DNA from: Promethearchaeota archaeon
Lineage (GTDB): Archaea > Asgardarchaeota > Lokiarchaeia > Sigyniarchaeales > SOKP01
DNA: 64,000 nt
Direction of reading: 5' to 3'
Assembly: GCA_048938895.1 (NCBI GenBank)
Contig: JBHLLU010000009.1
Span: forward strand, 35,800 to 99,799
Part shown: positions 9,738 to 18,032 of the stretch, one piece after another
How the letters are laid out: each line of letters starts with the position of its first letter
How positions within the stretch are numbered: the first letter of the stretch is position 1
Translations under genes and position numbers: made by a program
The notes under the pieces: model-generated
What the model was told of the DNA's origin: nothing
Seen by the model: the letters and a program-made list of their open reading frames with translations, nothing else
Databases searched by the model: none

Positions 9738-10889
9738 ATGACTCGTGAATGGTCTGCCATAATACTTGCTGGTGGTAAAGGCGAGAGATTGATGCCTTTG
9801 ACCTCTTTAATTCCAAAACCTTTAGTAAAAGTAACCAACGTTCCTATGGTCGATTATGCTATTGCACATCTTGTTTATGCAGATATTAAGCATATAATTC
9901 TTGCTTTAGCATATAAAGGAGATTTATTAAAGAATTATATTGAAAAAACTTGGACTGCTGATAGACTTGGTGATGTTGAACTGGAATGTGAGATACAAAA
10001 AAGTAATGGAACTGCTGATGCATATAGGTTACTTACAGATAGAATTGATTCCGAAAAAGTTGTTGTTAGCATGGCAGATATTGTCACTAATTTACCTATG
10101 AAAGATTTTATGGCATTTCATTCAGAAAAAAAAGGTCTGGCTACAATATCGATGAAAACTGTGGAAAGCCATACATCTCAATATGGAGTAGTTCTTTTAG
10201 ATAAAAACCGTAAAATTTATCTTTTTCTTGAGAAACCAGCCCCAATGGAACTATATGTAAGCAGCATGGCTCAGAGAGCCGATCTTTTTCTTCATACTAA
10301 CATTATAAATACTGGGATTTATTGTTTTAATAAGGATATAGGAAAGATACTTCATGAAACAGGTTTAATGGATTTTGGTGGTGAACTTTTTCCATATCTT
10401 CTTGAAAATCAATATAATTTATATGGGTTTGTTAAAAATTATTACTGGATGGATGCGGGGAATTCTACCACCTATTTATGGGTAAACTGGGATCTACTTC
10501 GAAAGTATGCATGGCCTATTTTACCGAACGGTGTAGAATATGATGGAATTTATGTTATGGGAATTATTAATTCTGGTCAAAATATTGAAATCCAAAAACC
10601 AACTTGTTTTGCAGAATTTGTGCAATTAGAAAATCGTGTCAAGATTAAAGAACTCTCTTCCATTGGACATAATGTTATTATAGGAGAAGACAGTGTAATT
10701 GAGAAAAGTGTAATTTGGGATAATGTGAAGATTGGAGCAGGCTGTATTATTACGGAAAGTATAATTTGTGATAATTGCACTATTGGCGAAAACGTTGTTT
10801 TAGAGAGATCGATAATTGCACCAAACTGCAGAATTGAAAATAATTCCCAATTACGAGATAAGACCTTGGAGCTTGGAACAAATATTTAG
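9738..10889 (+). CDS. NDP-sugar pyrophosphorylase (mannose-1-P guanylyltransferase / glucose-1-P adenylyltransferase-like)
   Basis: AIILAGGKGERLMPLT...PKPL, GTADA, FLEKP, NTGIY, DFG, YWMDAG, and a C-terminal hexapeptide beta-helix. Confidence 0.9.
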   Translation: MTREWSAIILAGGKGERLMPLTSLIPKPLVKVTNVPMVDYAIAHLVYADIKHIILALAYKGDLLKNYIEKTWTADRLGDVELECEIQKSNGTADAYRLLTDRIDSEKVVVSMADIVTNLPMKDFMAFHSEKKGLATISMKTVESHTSQYGVVLLDKNRKIYLFLEKPAPMELYVSSMAQRADLFLHTNIINTGIYCFNKDIGKILHETGLMDFGGELFPYLLENQYNLYGFVKNYYWMDAGNSTTYLWVNWDLLRKYAWPILPNGVEYDGIYVMGIINSGQNIEIQKPTCFAEFVQLENRVKIKELSSIGHNVIIGEDSVIEKSVIWDNVKIGAGCIITESIICDNCTIGENVVLERSIIAPNCRIENNSQLRDKTLELGTNI

Positions 10890-10945
10890 GAAATCATTTT
10901 TTAATATCTGTGGGGATATTATCTCGTAAACTGATGAAAAATGAA

Positions 10946-10956
10946 ATATTTATATG
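10946..10956 (+). promoter_or_regulatory. TATA-box-like ATATTTATATG of a probably leaderless gene
   Basis: Lies 22 nt before ATG 10979. The identical 11-mer at 14975-14985 lies 20 nt before the paralog's ATG at 15006. Confidence 0.5.
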
Positions 10957-10978
10957 TTCAAATGTAATTAATACAATT

Positions 10979-11383
10979 ATGCCTTATTGCATTGAGTGTG
11001 GACTGAAAATTGAGGAAACTTGGAATATTTGTCCTCAATGTGGAAAAGAACTTAAAAAACAAGAAATCCATCAACCTCAGCCACTCCCACGATTCCAACC
11101 ACAACCAACAGCACCTAGAGTTCCTACTTATCAAAAATCTTCTTCCATGGCAGGGCAAAACACTTATGGTGCTGTTGCTTTAGTATGTGGTATTGTAGGT
11201 TTGTTCTGTGGAGGAATTGTTTTTGGAGTTATAGCTATTATAATAGGCGGTCTTGGATTAAATAGAGATGAGAATTCTGGTATGGCAGTAATAGGTTTGA
11301 TTTTAGGTGTTATAGATATTACGTGTTTCTTTATTTCTTGGTTCTGGCTTTTTAGTTGGTTTAGCTTTCCATTTCCATACTAA
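10979..11383 (+). CDS. Zinc-ribbon plus DUF4190-like membrane protein
   Basis: MPYCIECG...CPQCG, Pro/Gln linker, then GAVALVCGI...AIIIGGLGL...AVIGLILG. Start moved to ATG 10979. Confidence 0.75.
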   Translation: MPYCIECGLKIEETWNICPQCGKELKKQEIHQPQPLPRFQPQPTAPRVPTYQKSSSMAGQNTYGAVALVCGIVGLFCGGIVFGVIAIIIGGLGLNRDENSGMAVIGLILGVIDITCFFISWFWLFSWFSFPFPY

Positions 11384-11418
11384 ATATAAGTATCTTAAAA
11401 ATATAATTCTGGTTTAAG

Positions 11419-12093
11419 TTGAATTCGATAAATAATAATCAATATCATAATCAATTGGAGGATCCTAGTTCACTTTCTAGTGATGGGCAGGAAAATGGCA
11501 GATTTAAGAAGATCTTATTGTATGTTAAAAGTTTTCTCCCTTTTTTTTTAAGTCATCATCCTGAATGTAAATATTTCAAGGGTCATACCATAAATTGTGG
11601 TAAAATCAGGTTATGTATTGGGTGTTTTATTGGTTATCCTACAGTATTCCTCACAGTTTTCCTTCTTGCAATGCTAGATACAAATAACTTCTTTAGTTCT
11701 GATTTTTTTTTTATATTAAGCTTTGTCTTTTTAGGAACTTTTTTTCTTAGTTTGCTAAATCTTACCAAAAAAAAAAAAATTAAAATTATACAGAAATTTT
11801 TGATTGGTGTAGGTGCAGCCCTATTATATAATTGGATAATGAAATGTCCTAATCCGAGAAATATAAACTCAAAAACTGCATTTATAATATTCTACCCTCT
11901 TTTAATTATCTTAAATTTATACCATGCTTATGGCATCCTCGGCTCTTGCTATAAATGTGAAACTCCATTTAACTGGGGAATATGCTCTGGTTTTAATAAT
12001 ATAAGAGAAAGAATGAAAAATAATAATTTGGAGAACTTCTTATTAAAGTTTGAGAGTTTTTCATTAAAATTGCAAGAGAAAAGAGCTAATTAG
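11419..12093 (+). CDS. Membrane protein with Cys/His motifs (DUF2085-like)
   Basis: SHHPEC...RLCIGCFIGY, four TM segments, C-terminal CYKC...C. Confidence 0.6.
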   Translation: MNSINNNQYHNQLEDPSSLSSDGQENGRFKKILLYVKSFLPFFLSHHPECKYFKGHTINCGKIRLCIGCFIGYPTVFLTVFLLAMLDTNNFFSSDFFFILSFVFLGTFFLSLLNLTKKKKIKIIQKFLIGVGAALLYNWIMKCPNPRNINSKTAFIIFYPLLIILNLYHAYGILGSCYKCETPFNWGICSGFNNIRERMKNNNLENFLLKFESFSLKLQEKRAN

Positions 12094-12104
12094 GAAAAAT
12101 AATT

Positions 12105-13682
12105 ATGATTCTTGGATATTTTGGTTTAATTCTACATGGGCATATCCCATGGTGTAAGAAATCAGGAAGATGGCCTGCTGGAGAGGAATGGCTATTTGAA
12201 GCTATGAATGAGACATATATCCCATTTCTTAATGTGTTGAGAGATCTTAAAGAAAAAGGAATAAAAACGGCCATAACAATTAATATTACTCCAATATTAG
12301 CCGAACAGTTGGCAGATGAATATATGAAACAACAATTTTCGGGATATATGGAGAATCTGATTTCACGAGCTCAACAAGATATAAAACGTTTTGAGAACAA
12401 TCCTCAAAGAAAGGCAATTGCTAATTTCCATTTAGCTAAATTCAAGTATAATTTAGAAACTTTTTATCATAATTATTATAGAGATATTCTAGGAAGCTTT
12501 AAATGGCTCCAAGATGAAGGAATGATTGAATTGATCACTTGTGGAGCAACACATGGATTTTTACCTCTGTTTGAAAGTAATTCTGGAGTTTTTTCCCAAA
12601 TTCAATTAGCTGTAGACGCTCATAAAAAATATTTCAATAGAGAACCTAAAGGGATTTGGTTACCTGAATGTGCTTATAGACCCAAAGAATATAAGAATGG
12701 AAAAGTTAGAGAAAGTATTGATTACTGGTTAAATAACTCAGGAATAGAATACTTTTTTGTTGATTCGCATGGAATTTTGGATGCTGAGATTCTTGAAACT
12801 AAAAATGAAATTGGGTTAAATACTAGTTTCGGATATAATTTAGAAAGTAATGTCTCAGTTTTTGGACGAAATAAAAATACGAGTAGACAAGTCTGGGATG
12901 CTAATATTGGATATCCCGGGAATGAATATTATAGAGAATTTCATAAGAAAGATCATGAATCTGGATTGCATTATTGGAGGATTACAAAAAAACAAGAGAA
13001 GCAGTTATATGATATCGAAAAAGCTGGCAAAAAAGTAGATGCTGATTCAAATCATTTTATGAACCTTGTTGAAACAGAATTACTAGACTTTTCAAATGAG
13101 ACTGAGCTCAATGGAATTATAATTTCGATGTATGATTTTGAGCTATATGGTCACTGGTGGGGCGAAGGAATAGATTGGTTAAAGAAAGTTTTTGAACTTA
13201 TCATTAAGAATCCCAGTATTGAAATGATAACTATTTCAGATTACATTGGCAAAAACAAAAACAACTTCTCTGTTATTTCAATGAAGGAAAGTAGTTGGGG
13301 CGAAGGGGGAGATTTCAGAGTATGGAAAAATCAAGATCATGGATGGCTTTGGCCCTATATCAATAGTTCGATGAAAGCATTTGAACAAGTATTAGAAAAT
13401 AATCCTAATCCAAACGGATGGGAACAACAGGTGCTTAAACAAATTGCGAGAGAGTTGATCTTAATGGAGGGAAGTGATTGGCCATTTTTACTCTATACAG
13501 AACAGGCTAAGGAATATGCTAATCAAAGATTTCATCACCATCATCAACGATTTCTTAAATTGATATGGGGCGCGAAAGATTTTACTGATCAAAATAGAAT
13601 TAATCTACAAGAATTAGAAGAAATTGAATCAATTGACTCATGCTTTCAGGAAATTAACATAGATTATTTCAGAAAAAAGTGA
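12105..13682 (+). CDS. GH57 1,4-alpha-glucan branching enzyme (DUF1957 type), copy 1
   Basis: LHGHIPW, GEEWLFEAMNETYIP, TCGATHG, GIWLPECAY (nucleophile Glu), DFELYGHWW, SDWPF. Confidence 0.92.
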   Translation: MILGYFGLILHGHIPWCKKSGRWPAGEEWLFEAMNETYIPFLNVLRDLKEKGIKTAITINITPILAEQLADEYMKQQFSGYMENLISRAQQDIKRFENNPQRKAIANFHLAKFKYNLETFYHNYYRDILGSFKWLQDEGMIELITCGATHGFLPLFESNSGVFSQIQLAVDAHKKYFNREPKGIWLPECAYRPKEYKNGKVRESIDYWLNNSGIEYFFVDSHGILDAEILETKNEIGLNTSFGYNLESNVSVFGRNKNTSRQVWDANIGYPGNEYYREFHKKDHESGLHYWRITKKQEKQLYDIEKAGKKVDADSNHFMNLVETELLDFSNETELNGIIISMYDFELYGHWWGEGIDWLKKVFELIIKNPSIEMITISDYIGKNKNNFSVISMKESSWGEGGDFRVWKNQDHGWLWPYINSSMKAFEQVLENNPNPNGWEQQVLKQIARELILMEGSDWPFLLYTEQAKEYANQRFHHHHQRFLKLIWGAKDFTDQNRINLQELEEIESIDSCFQEINIDYFRKK

Positions 13683-13696
13683 ACTAAAAATTAGAT

Positions 13697-14218
13697 TTAC
13701 CGTATCACTAATACATCACATGGGACATTGGCTACAACATATTTAGCTACTGAGCCTATTACTAGTTCTCTTAATTTAGAGTGGAGCCCGCTATATCCCA
13801 TTACCACAAGGTCAAACTTTTTCTTTTTGACAATTCTTTCTATGTAATGTTCTGGATCTTCCTTGATGATTAAACGTGTTTTTACAGGTACTTGAACTTC
13901 ATCAAAAAATGCTTTTGTTCCATTTAATATATTTTCGCCTATTTCTTCAATCTCCTCATCATCTAAACGTAATATCTCTGAGTTATCTTGTATTAATACC
14001 CCATCGGGTATTGCAGTTGCAGTAATATTATAATAAGCATTAGAAGTATAGGGTGCAGTTAACCCATGAGACGGGGGAGTAACTTTTTCTGCCAAATGTT
14101 TAACAGAATGAAAAATCCTAATTTCACTACCCCATTTTTTATAAAAAGATATTATAACTGCAGTTGCTCTCTTCATGGAAGAATGACCATCTGTAGCTAG
14201 TAGTATTTTCTTATACAT
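13697..14218 (-). CDS. Universal stress protein
   Basis: MYKKILLATDG...DLVVMG...IGSVAKYVVANVPCDVLVIR. Confidence 0.92.
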   Translation of the reverse strand: MYKKILLATDGHSSMKRATAVIISFYKKWGSEIRIFHSVKHLAEKVTPPSHGLTAPYTSNAYYNITATAIPDGVLIQDNSEILRLDDEEIEEIGENILNGTKAFFDEVQVPVKTRLIIKEDPEHYIERIVKKKKFDLVVMGYSGLHSKLRELVIGSVAKYVVANVPCDVLVIR

Positions 14219-14250
14219 ATAATCACAATTAGAATTTAGTTGTAATGAAT

Positions 14251-14292
14251 TAGCAAATATGAATTATTAAACTTACTTTCTTTATTTTATAA
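14251..14292 (-). promoter_or_regulatory. Conserved upstream (promoter) element of the minus-strand USP genes, copy 1
   Basis: 35/42 identical to 22891-22932, at the same distance (33-34 nt) from the respective ATG. Confidence 0.55.
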
Positions 14293-14479
14293 AAAGCATC
14301 TTTCCGTAATCTTATGTATTCATTAGGAAAAATGAATTTTTTTTTCTTAAATTCAAAGAGTAAATTGCTTGATTAATGAATGAAAACAAGAAATGATATA
14401 CATTAATGGAACTAATATTTTGGAATAATCATGTTTATTACTGTATTTATTTTATATAAAAAATAATTAAAAAAAACTT

Positions 14480-14905
14480 ATGGGTGATGCTGTTATTTAT
14501 GATAAAATATTAATAGGGGTTGATGAATCAGAGGAATCTAAAAAGGCAACTCAGCGTGTTTTAGAAATTCAAAATGAGTTTGGTGGGAATACAGTTGCAT
14601 TTCACTCTGTTTTACATGGTTTTTTAAGTAGAGAATCAGTTAAAGAAGAGCATATGAATGAGGGAAAGAAAATTTTAAATAATGTTGAGAAACTCTTTCA
14701 AGATGCAAATCTTAAGATCGAAACAAGGCTGATAGAAGATGTTCATCCTGAAGTTTTCATAAAAAACGCTGTCGAGAGAGAAAACTTTAATTTAGTTGTT
14801 CTTGGTAATAAGGGTAAGCATAAACTTTTGAGTGGTTCGGTAATGGGTTCTATCCCTACTAAGGTAATGGATAGTGTTTTATGTGATGTGCTAATTGTGC
14901 GATAG
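14480..14905 (+). CDS. Universal stress protein
   Basis: YDKILIGVDES...LVVLGNKG...MGSIPTKVMDSVLCDVLIVR. Confidence 0.92.
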   Translation: MGDAVIYDKILIGVDESEESKKATQRVLEIQNEFGGNTVAFHSVLHGFLSRESVKEEHMNEGKKILNNVEKLFQDANLKIETRLIEDVHPEVFIKNAVERENFNLVVLGNKGKHKLLSGSVMGSIPTKVMDSVLCDVLIVR

Positions 14906-14921
14906 ATTTTTCTGCTTAAAA
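14844..14921 (+). repeat. Direct repeat A, copy 1 (3' end of USP gene plus downstream bases)
   Basis: 78 bp, 76/78 identical to 16500-16577. Confidence 0.95.
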
Positions 14922-15005
14922 GCTATTTGAATAAACGCTTAGGTTCTCAAGCTTTTGATCAATAAATAGTAAGGATATTTATATGATTGAAGCTTAAAAA
15001 TATAT

Positions 15006-15428
15006 ATGGATAATTATTGTTCTAAATGTGGAACAAGCTTAAAACCAGAATGGAAAGCATGTCCTAATTGTGGAAACACCATTCTTGAAAAGAAAAATCC
15101 ATTCCAGGAAAGTAAGGTTTCTACTCTAATAAATAACGTGAATCCATATCATATAGTCAGTGCCTCAAAACTTCAAAAATCTAGAAAAAAAAAATATGGG
15201 GAGATCTACGGATTTTTTGCATTAATATTTGCTCTAGTAGGTCTCTTTTTTGGGTATCCCATAGGGATTGTAGCAATAATCATTGGTGCACTTGGAATTA
15301 ATAAGGTAGATCTCACGTATATGTCATATAGTGGGATATTTATTGGAATTGTTGATTTGATTTGTTTTTTTATAGCATCTTCTGTATCGTATTTTTCTAT
15401 TTGGGGTATTTTTGGTTTAATATGGTAA
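15006..15428 (+). CDS. Zinc-ribbon plus DUF4190-like membrane protein
   Basis: YCSKCG...CPNCG followed by TM hairpins; paralog of 10979..11383. Confidence 0.75.
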   Translation: MDNYCSKCGTSLKPEWKACPNCGNTILEKKNPFQESKVSTLINNVNPYHIVSASKLQKSRKKKYGEIYGFFALIFALVGLFFGYPIGIVAIIIGALGINKVDLTYMSYSGIFIGIVDLICFFIASSVSYFSIWGIFGLIW

Positions 15429-15641
15429 GTTGAGGTATAACTACTGACCAATCAAAAAACAAAAGAATTTTTTTGCCATTCTTTCTCTAACACATTCATA
15501 TCTAATGTAATAATTATCTATAAGACATTAAATAAATTTTAAATAAAATATAAGCATAGTTAGTCATAATAAATTTTTAATTTTAAAATCTTTTAGACAA
15601 AAATCAAGCACGCAATTAATTCTAAAGAAAAGGTAATTAAT

Positions 15642-16394
15642 TTGAGTAATGTAACCATTGTAAAAAACGATTTATTTTCCCTAATGGAGAATAAGAAAGC
15701 TAAGAAATTAGCAAAAACCTTAGGAAAAATGATAACTCTTCCTGATATTCCCTTAAATGAAATTTATGACATGATTGGGGAATTATTAATCAAAGATTCT
15801 GAATATTTTATGGAAAATGTCTACCCGCTTTTACTAAAATCACTCAAGAGGATTGATAGTTCCCAGATGACAGAAATGGATATATACATCCTCAGGAATT
15901 TTTGCTTTTTGGAGGAAGAGGAAATAGTTGCTACATTTTTTGGATCGATATTAGAAAGTAAGGTTACGTCAACAGGTCGAATTTATTTAACAAATTATCG
16001 ACTAATATTAAGTGGGACGCAGGAAGTACGTTCAGCACAGTCTAAAATGGTTGGCCCTGGAAGACCAGGTTTGATTGGAATGGCATTTAGGGCCGGTATT
16101 ACACGTCATCGTAAAGCAGTACGTAGAGCTATTACAAAAGCTCTTCGAAAGGATATCGAATCACTAAACCTTGTCGAATGGGGTTATTATTTTCCAATAC
16201 ATGAAGCATATGATATTCAAATAGTTAAAAATGGGATTTCTTATTCCGTTACTGTCGAAACGGAAAAAAAACCAATGATAATGTCAATGTCAATAGTCCC
16301 ATTAAGAATTAAATCAAAGTCTACTGAAGAATTTCTATTAGAGAAGGAACAATTGCAATCTCAAATACAAGACTTATTACTGAAATATAAATAA
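15642..16394 (+). CDS. Hypothetical protein with possible GRAM/PH-like domain
   Basis: FLEEEEIV...STGRIYLTNYRLIL resembles the GRAM/PH-fold motif G-x-L-x-L-T-N-x-R-L-I-F. Confidence 0.6.
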   Translation: MSNVTIVKNDLFSLMENKKAKKLAKTLGKMITLPDIPLNEIYDMIGELLIKDSEYFMENVYPLLLKSLKRIDSSQMTEMDIYILRNFCFLEEEEIVATFFGSILESKVTSTGRIYLTNYRLILSGTQEVRSAQSKMVGPGRPGLIGMAFRAGITRHRKAVRRAITKALRKDIESLNLVEWGYYFPIHEAYDIQIVKNGISYSVTVETEKKPMIMSMSIVPLRIKSKSTEEFLLEKEQLQSQIQDLLLKYK

Positions 16395-16412
16395 TTTTTT
16401 TTTTTTTTTTTT
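16395..16412 (+). terminator. T18 tract, archaeal-type terminator candidate
   Basis: 18 consecutive T immediately after the stop codon. Confidence 0.55.
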
Positions 16413-16461
16413 ATTTTTTAACAAATGGTTCGATCCAATATTTGGTCAATAAAAAATTGTT

Positions 16462-16497
16462 TATAGTCTTTTACTTGGAAATCCATATTTACAAAAA
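16462..16497 (+). repeat. Direct repeat B, copy 1
   Basis: tatagtcttttacttggaaatccatatttacaaaaa, 34/36 identical to 17983-18018. Confidence 0.9.
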
Positions 16498-16499
16498 TT

Positions 16500-16577
16500 T
16501 GGGATCTATCCCTACTAAGGTAATGGATAGTGTTTTATGTGATGTGCTAATTCTGCGATAGATTTTTCTGCTTAAAA
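16500..16577 (+). repeat. Direct repeat A, copy 2 (orphan USP 3' fragment)
   Basis: Encodes GSIPTKVMDSVLCDVLILR-stop with no upstream ORF; 76/78 identical to 14844-14921. Confidence 0.95.
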
Positions 16578-16593
16578 TTTTTGTTTAGCAAAA

Positions 16594-17736
16594 TTATGTA
16601 TTTATGTGGATTAATTTTGCGGGGGGGAATCCATTGAAATTTGTTGCGGAAGCATTAGTATAAGCACCGACATTTTCAGAATAGAGTAGATCTTCTATAT
16701 CTAAATCAGGTAATTGTTCATTAAGCGAAATCTTATCTAAGGCATCACATGTTGGGCCTACAACAGCAGATTCTTTCGGTAAACCTTCTTTAAAAGCTTT
16801 AAAATGATATTGGACATGGTCGAAAATAACTCCTGAAAAGGTATTATAGATACCATCATTAACATAATAATATACTTTGTTGTTTCTCATAGCTTTACCG
16901 TTAATTTCGACAATAGCAATTGCAGTGGTGGCAACAAAAAAGCGACCGGGTTCTGCTATTATTTTCATCTTGGCAATATCAAAATATTCAGAGATGTTTT
17001 CATTAATTACCTCTGCTAAAGATTCAAATGAGGGAACATTTTCATCATAAGGAACAGGAAATCCCCCACCTATATCTAAAAAAGTTAATTCTTGTCCAAT
17101 ATCCTTAGCTTGTTCGAATATATTATGAGCAATTTGAATAGCTTTAAGATAATTATCAATATTACTACATTGACTACCAACATGAAAGCTAACTCCTTCT
17201 ACATCAAATCCCACCCTTTTAGCATAACTTATTAAGTCTAAACAAATCTTAGGATTAGCTCCAAATTTAGTTGAGAGTTCCACAACTGAACCAGTATTAG
17301 GAACATCCACTCTTAAAATCAAACGACTGTTTTTACAGTATTTAGCAATCTTATCAATTTCTACATAATTGTCAAATGTCATACGGATAGAATATTCATC
17401 AAGTTTTTTTAATGATTCAATTCTTTTTACAGGATTTGCATAAATTACGTTTTCATTAATAAATGCTTTTTTCTCCTCATGGTTTCCCTTAATGGTATTA
17501 TAAACAATCATAAATTCTTCCCACGATGCAACATCAAATCCACAACCTTCATTATACAATGTTTCTACAATTTTTGACTCGGGATTAGCTTTAATTGCGT
17601 AAAAAGGTTTAATATAGGATAGATTCTTACAGAATTTTCTGTAATTCATTTTAATTAAATTATGATCAATTACAATCAAGGGAGTACCATGCATATTTAC
17701 AAGGTTTAGTAAAGTTGATTTATCAGTCATTTTCAT
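16594..17736 (-). CDS. Fold-type III PLP-dependent ornithine (lysine/ornithine) decarboxylase
   Basis: PFYAIKAN, GFDVAS, IYANPVK, KFGA, SFHVGSQ, DIGGGFP, EPGRFFV, GPTCDALD, GAYT, FNGF. Confidence 0.92.
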   Translation of the reverse strand: MKMTDKSTLLNLVNMHGTPLIVIDHNLIKMNYRKFCKNLSYIKPFYAIKANPESKIVETLYNEGCGFDVASWEEFMIVYNTIKGNHEEKKAFINENVIYANPVKRIESLKKLDEYSIRMTFDNYVEIDKIAKYCKNSRLILRVDVPNTGSVVELSTKFGANPKICLDLISYAKRVGFDVEGVSFHVGSQCSNIDNYLKAIQIAHNIFEQAKDIGQELTFLDIGGGFPVPYDENVPSFESLAEVINENISEYFDIAKMKIIAEPGRFFVATTAIAIVEINGKAMRNNKVYYYVNDGIYNTFSGVIFDHVQYHFKAFKEGLPKESAVVGPTCDALDKISLNEQLPDLDIEDLLYSENVGAYTNASATNFNGFPPAKLIHINT

Positions 17737-17982
17737 ACTGAATTTTCATTTTCAATTTTGATTTAAATAAGGATGCATGATTAAAATCTTTTTAATAATT
17801 TTAACTTCTAAACTAAATTTCTTTTAAGCAGTTCTTAACTAATATTTTAGGGATGTCTTTTCTCCTACAGTAAAAATTCCTTAAGAGTTCAAGTGCTCTT
17901 TGGAATGATAACTATAAAATTAGATCATATGTTTAGCTAACAAAAGATTAAACATTTTTAAAAACATTTATAAATATTTTAA

Positions 17983-18018
17983 TATAGTTTTTTATTTGGA
18001 AATCCATATTTACAAAAA
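17983..18018 (+). repeat. Direct repeat B, copy 2 (immediately upstream of the SBP gene)
   Basis: 34/36 identical to 16462-16497. Confidence 0.9.
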
Positions 18019-18032
18019 AGAGTAGAGATTTA

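Noticed and set aside
14844-18018. CRISPR array, IS element or integron
   Set aside because: Only two copies of each repeat, kb-scale spacing, and no cas, transposase or integrase gene visible.
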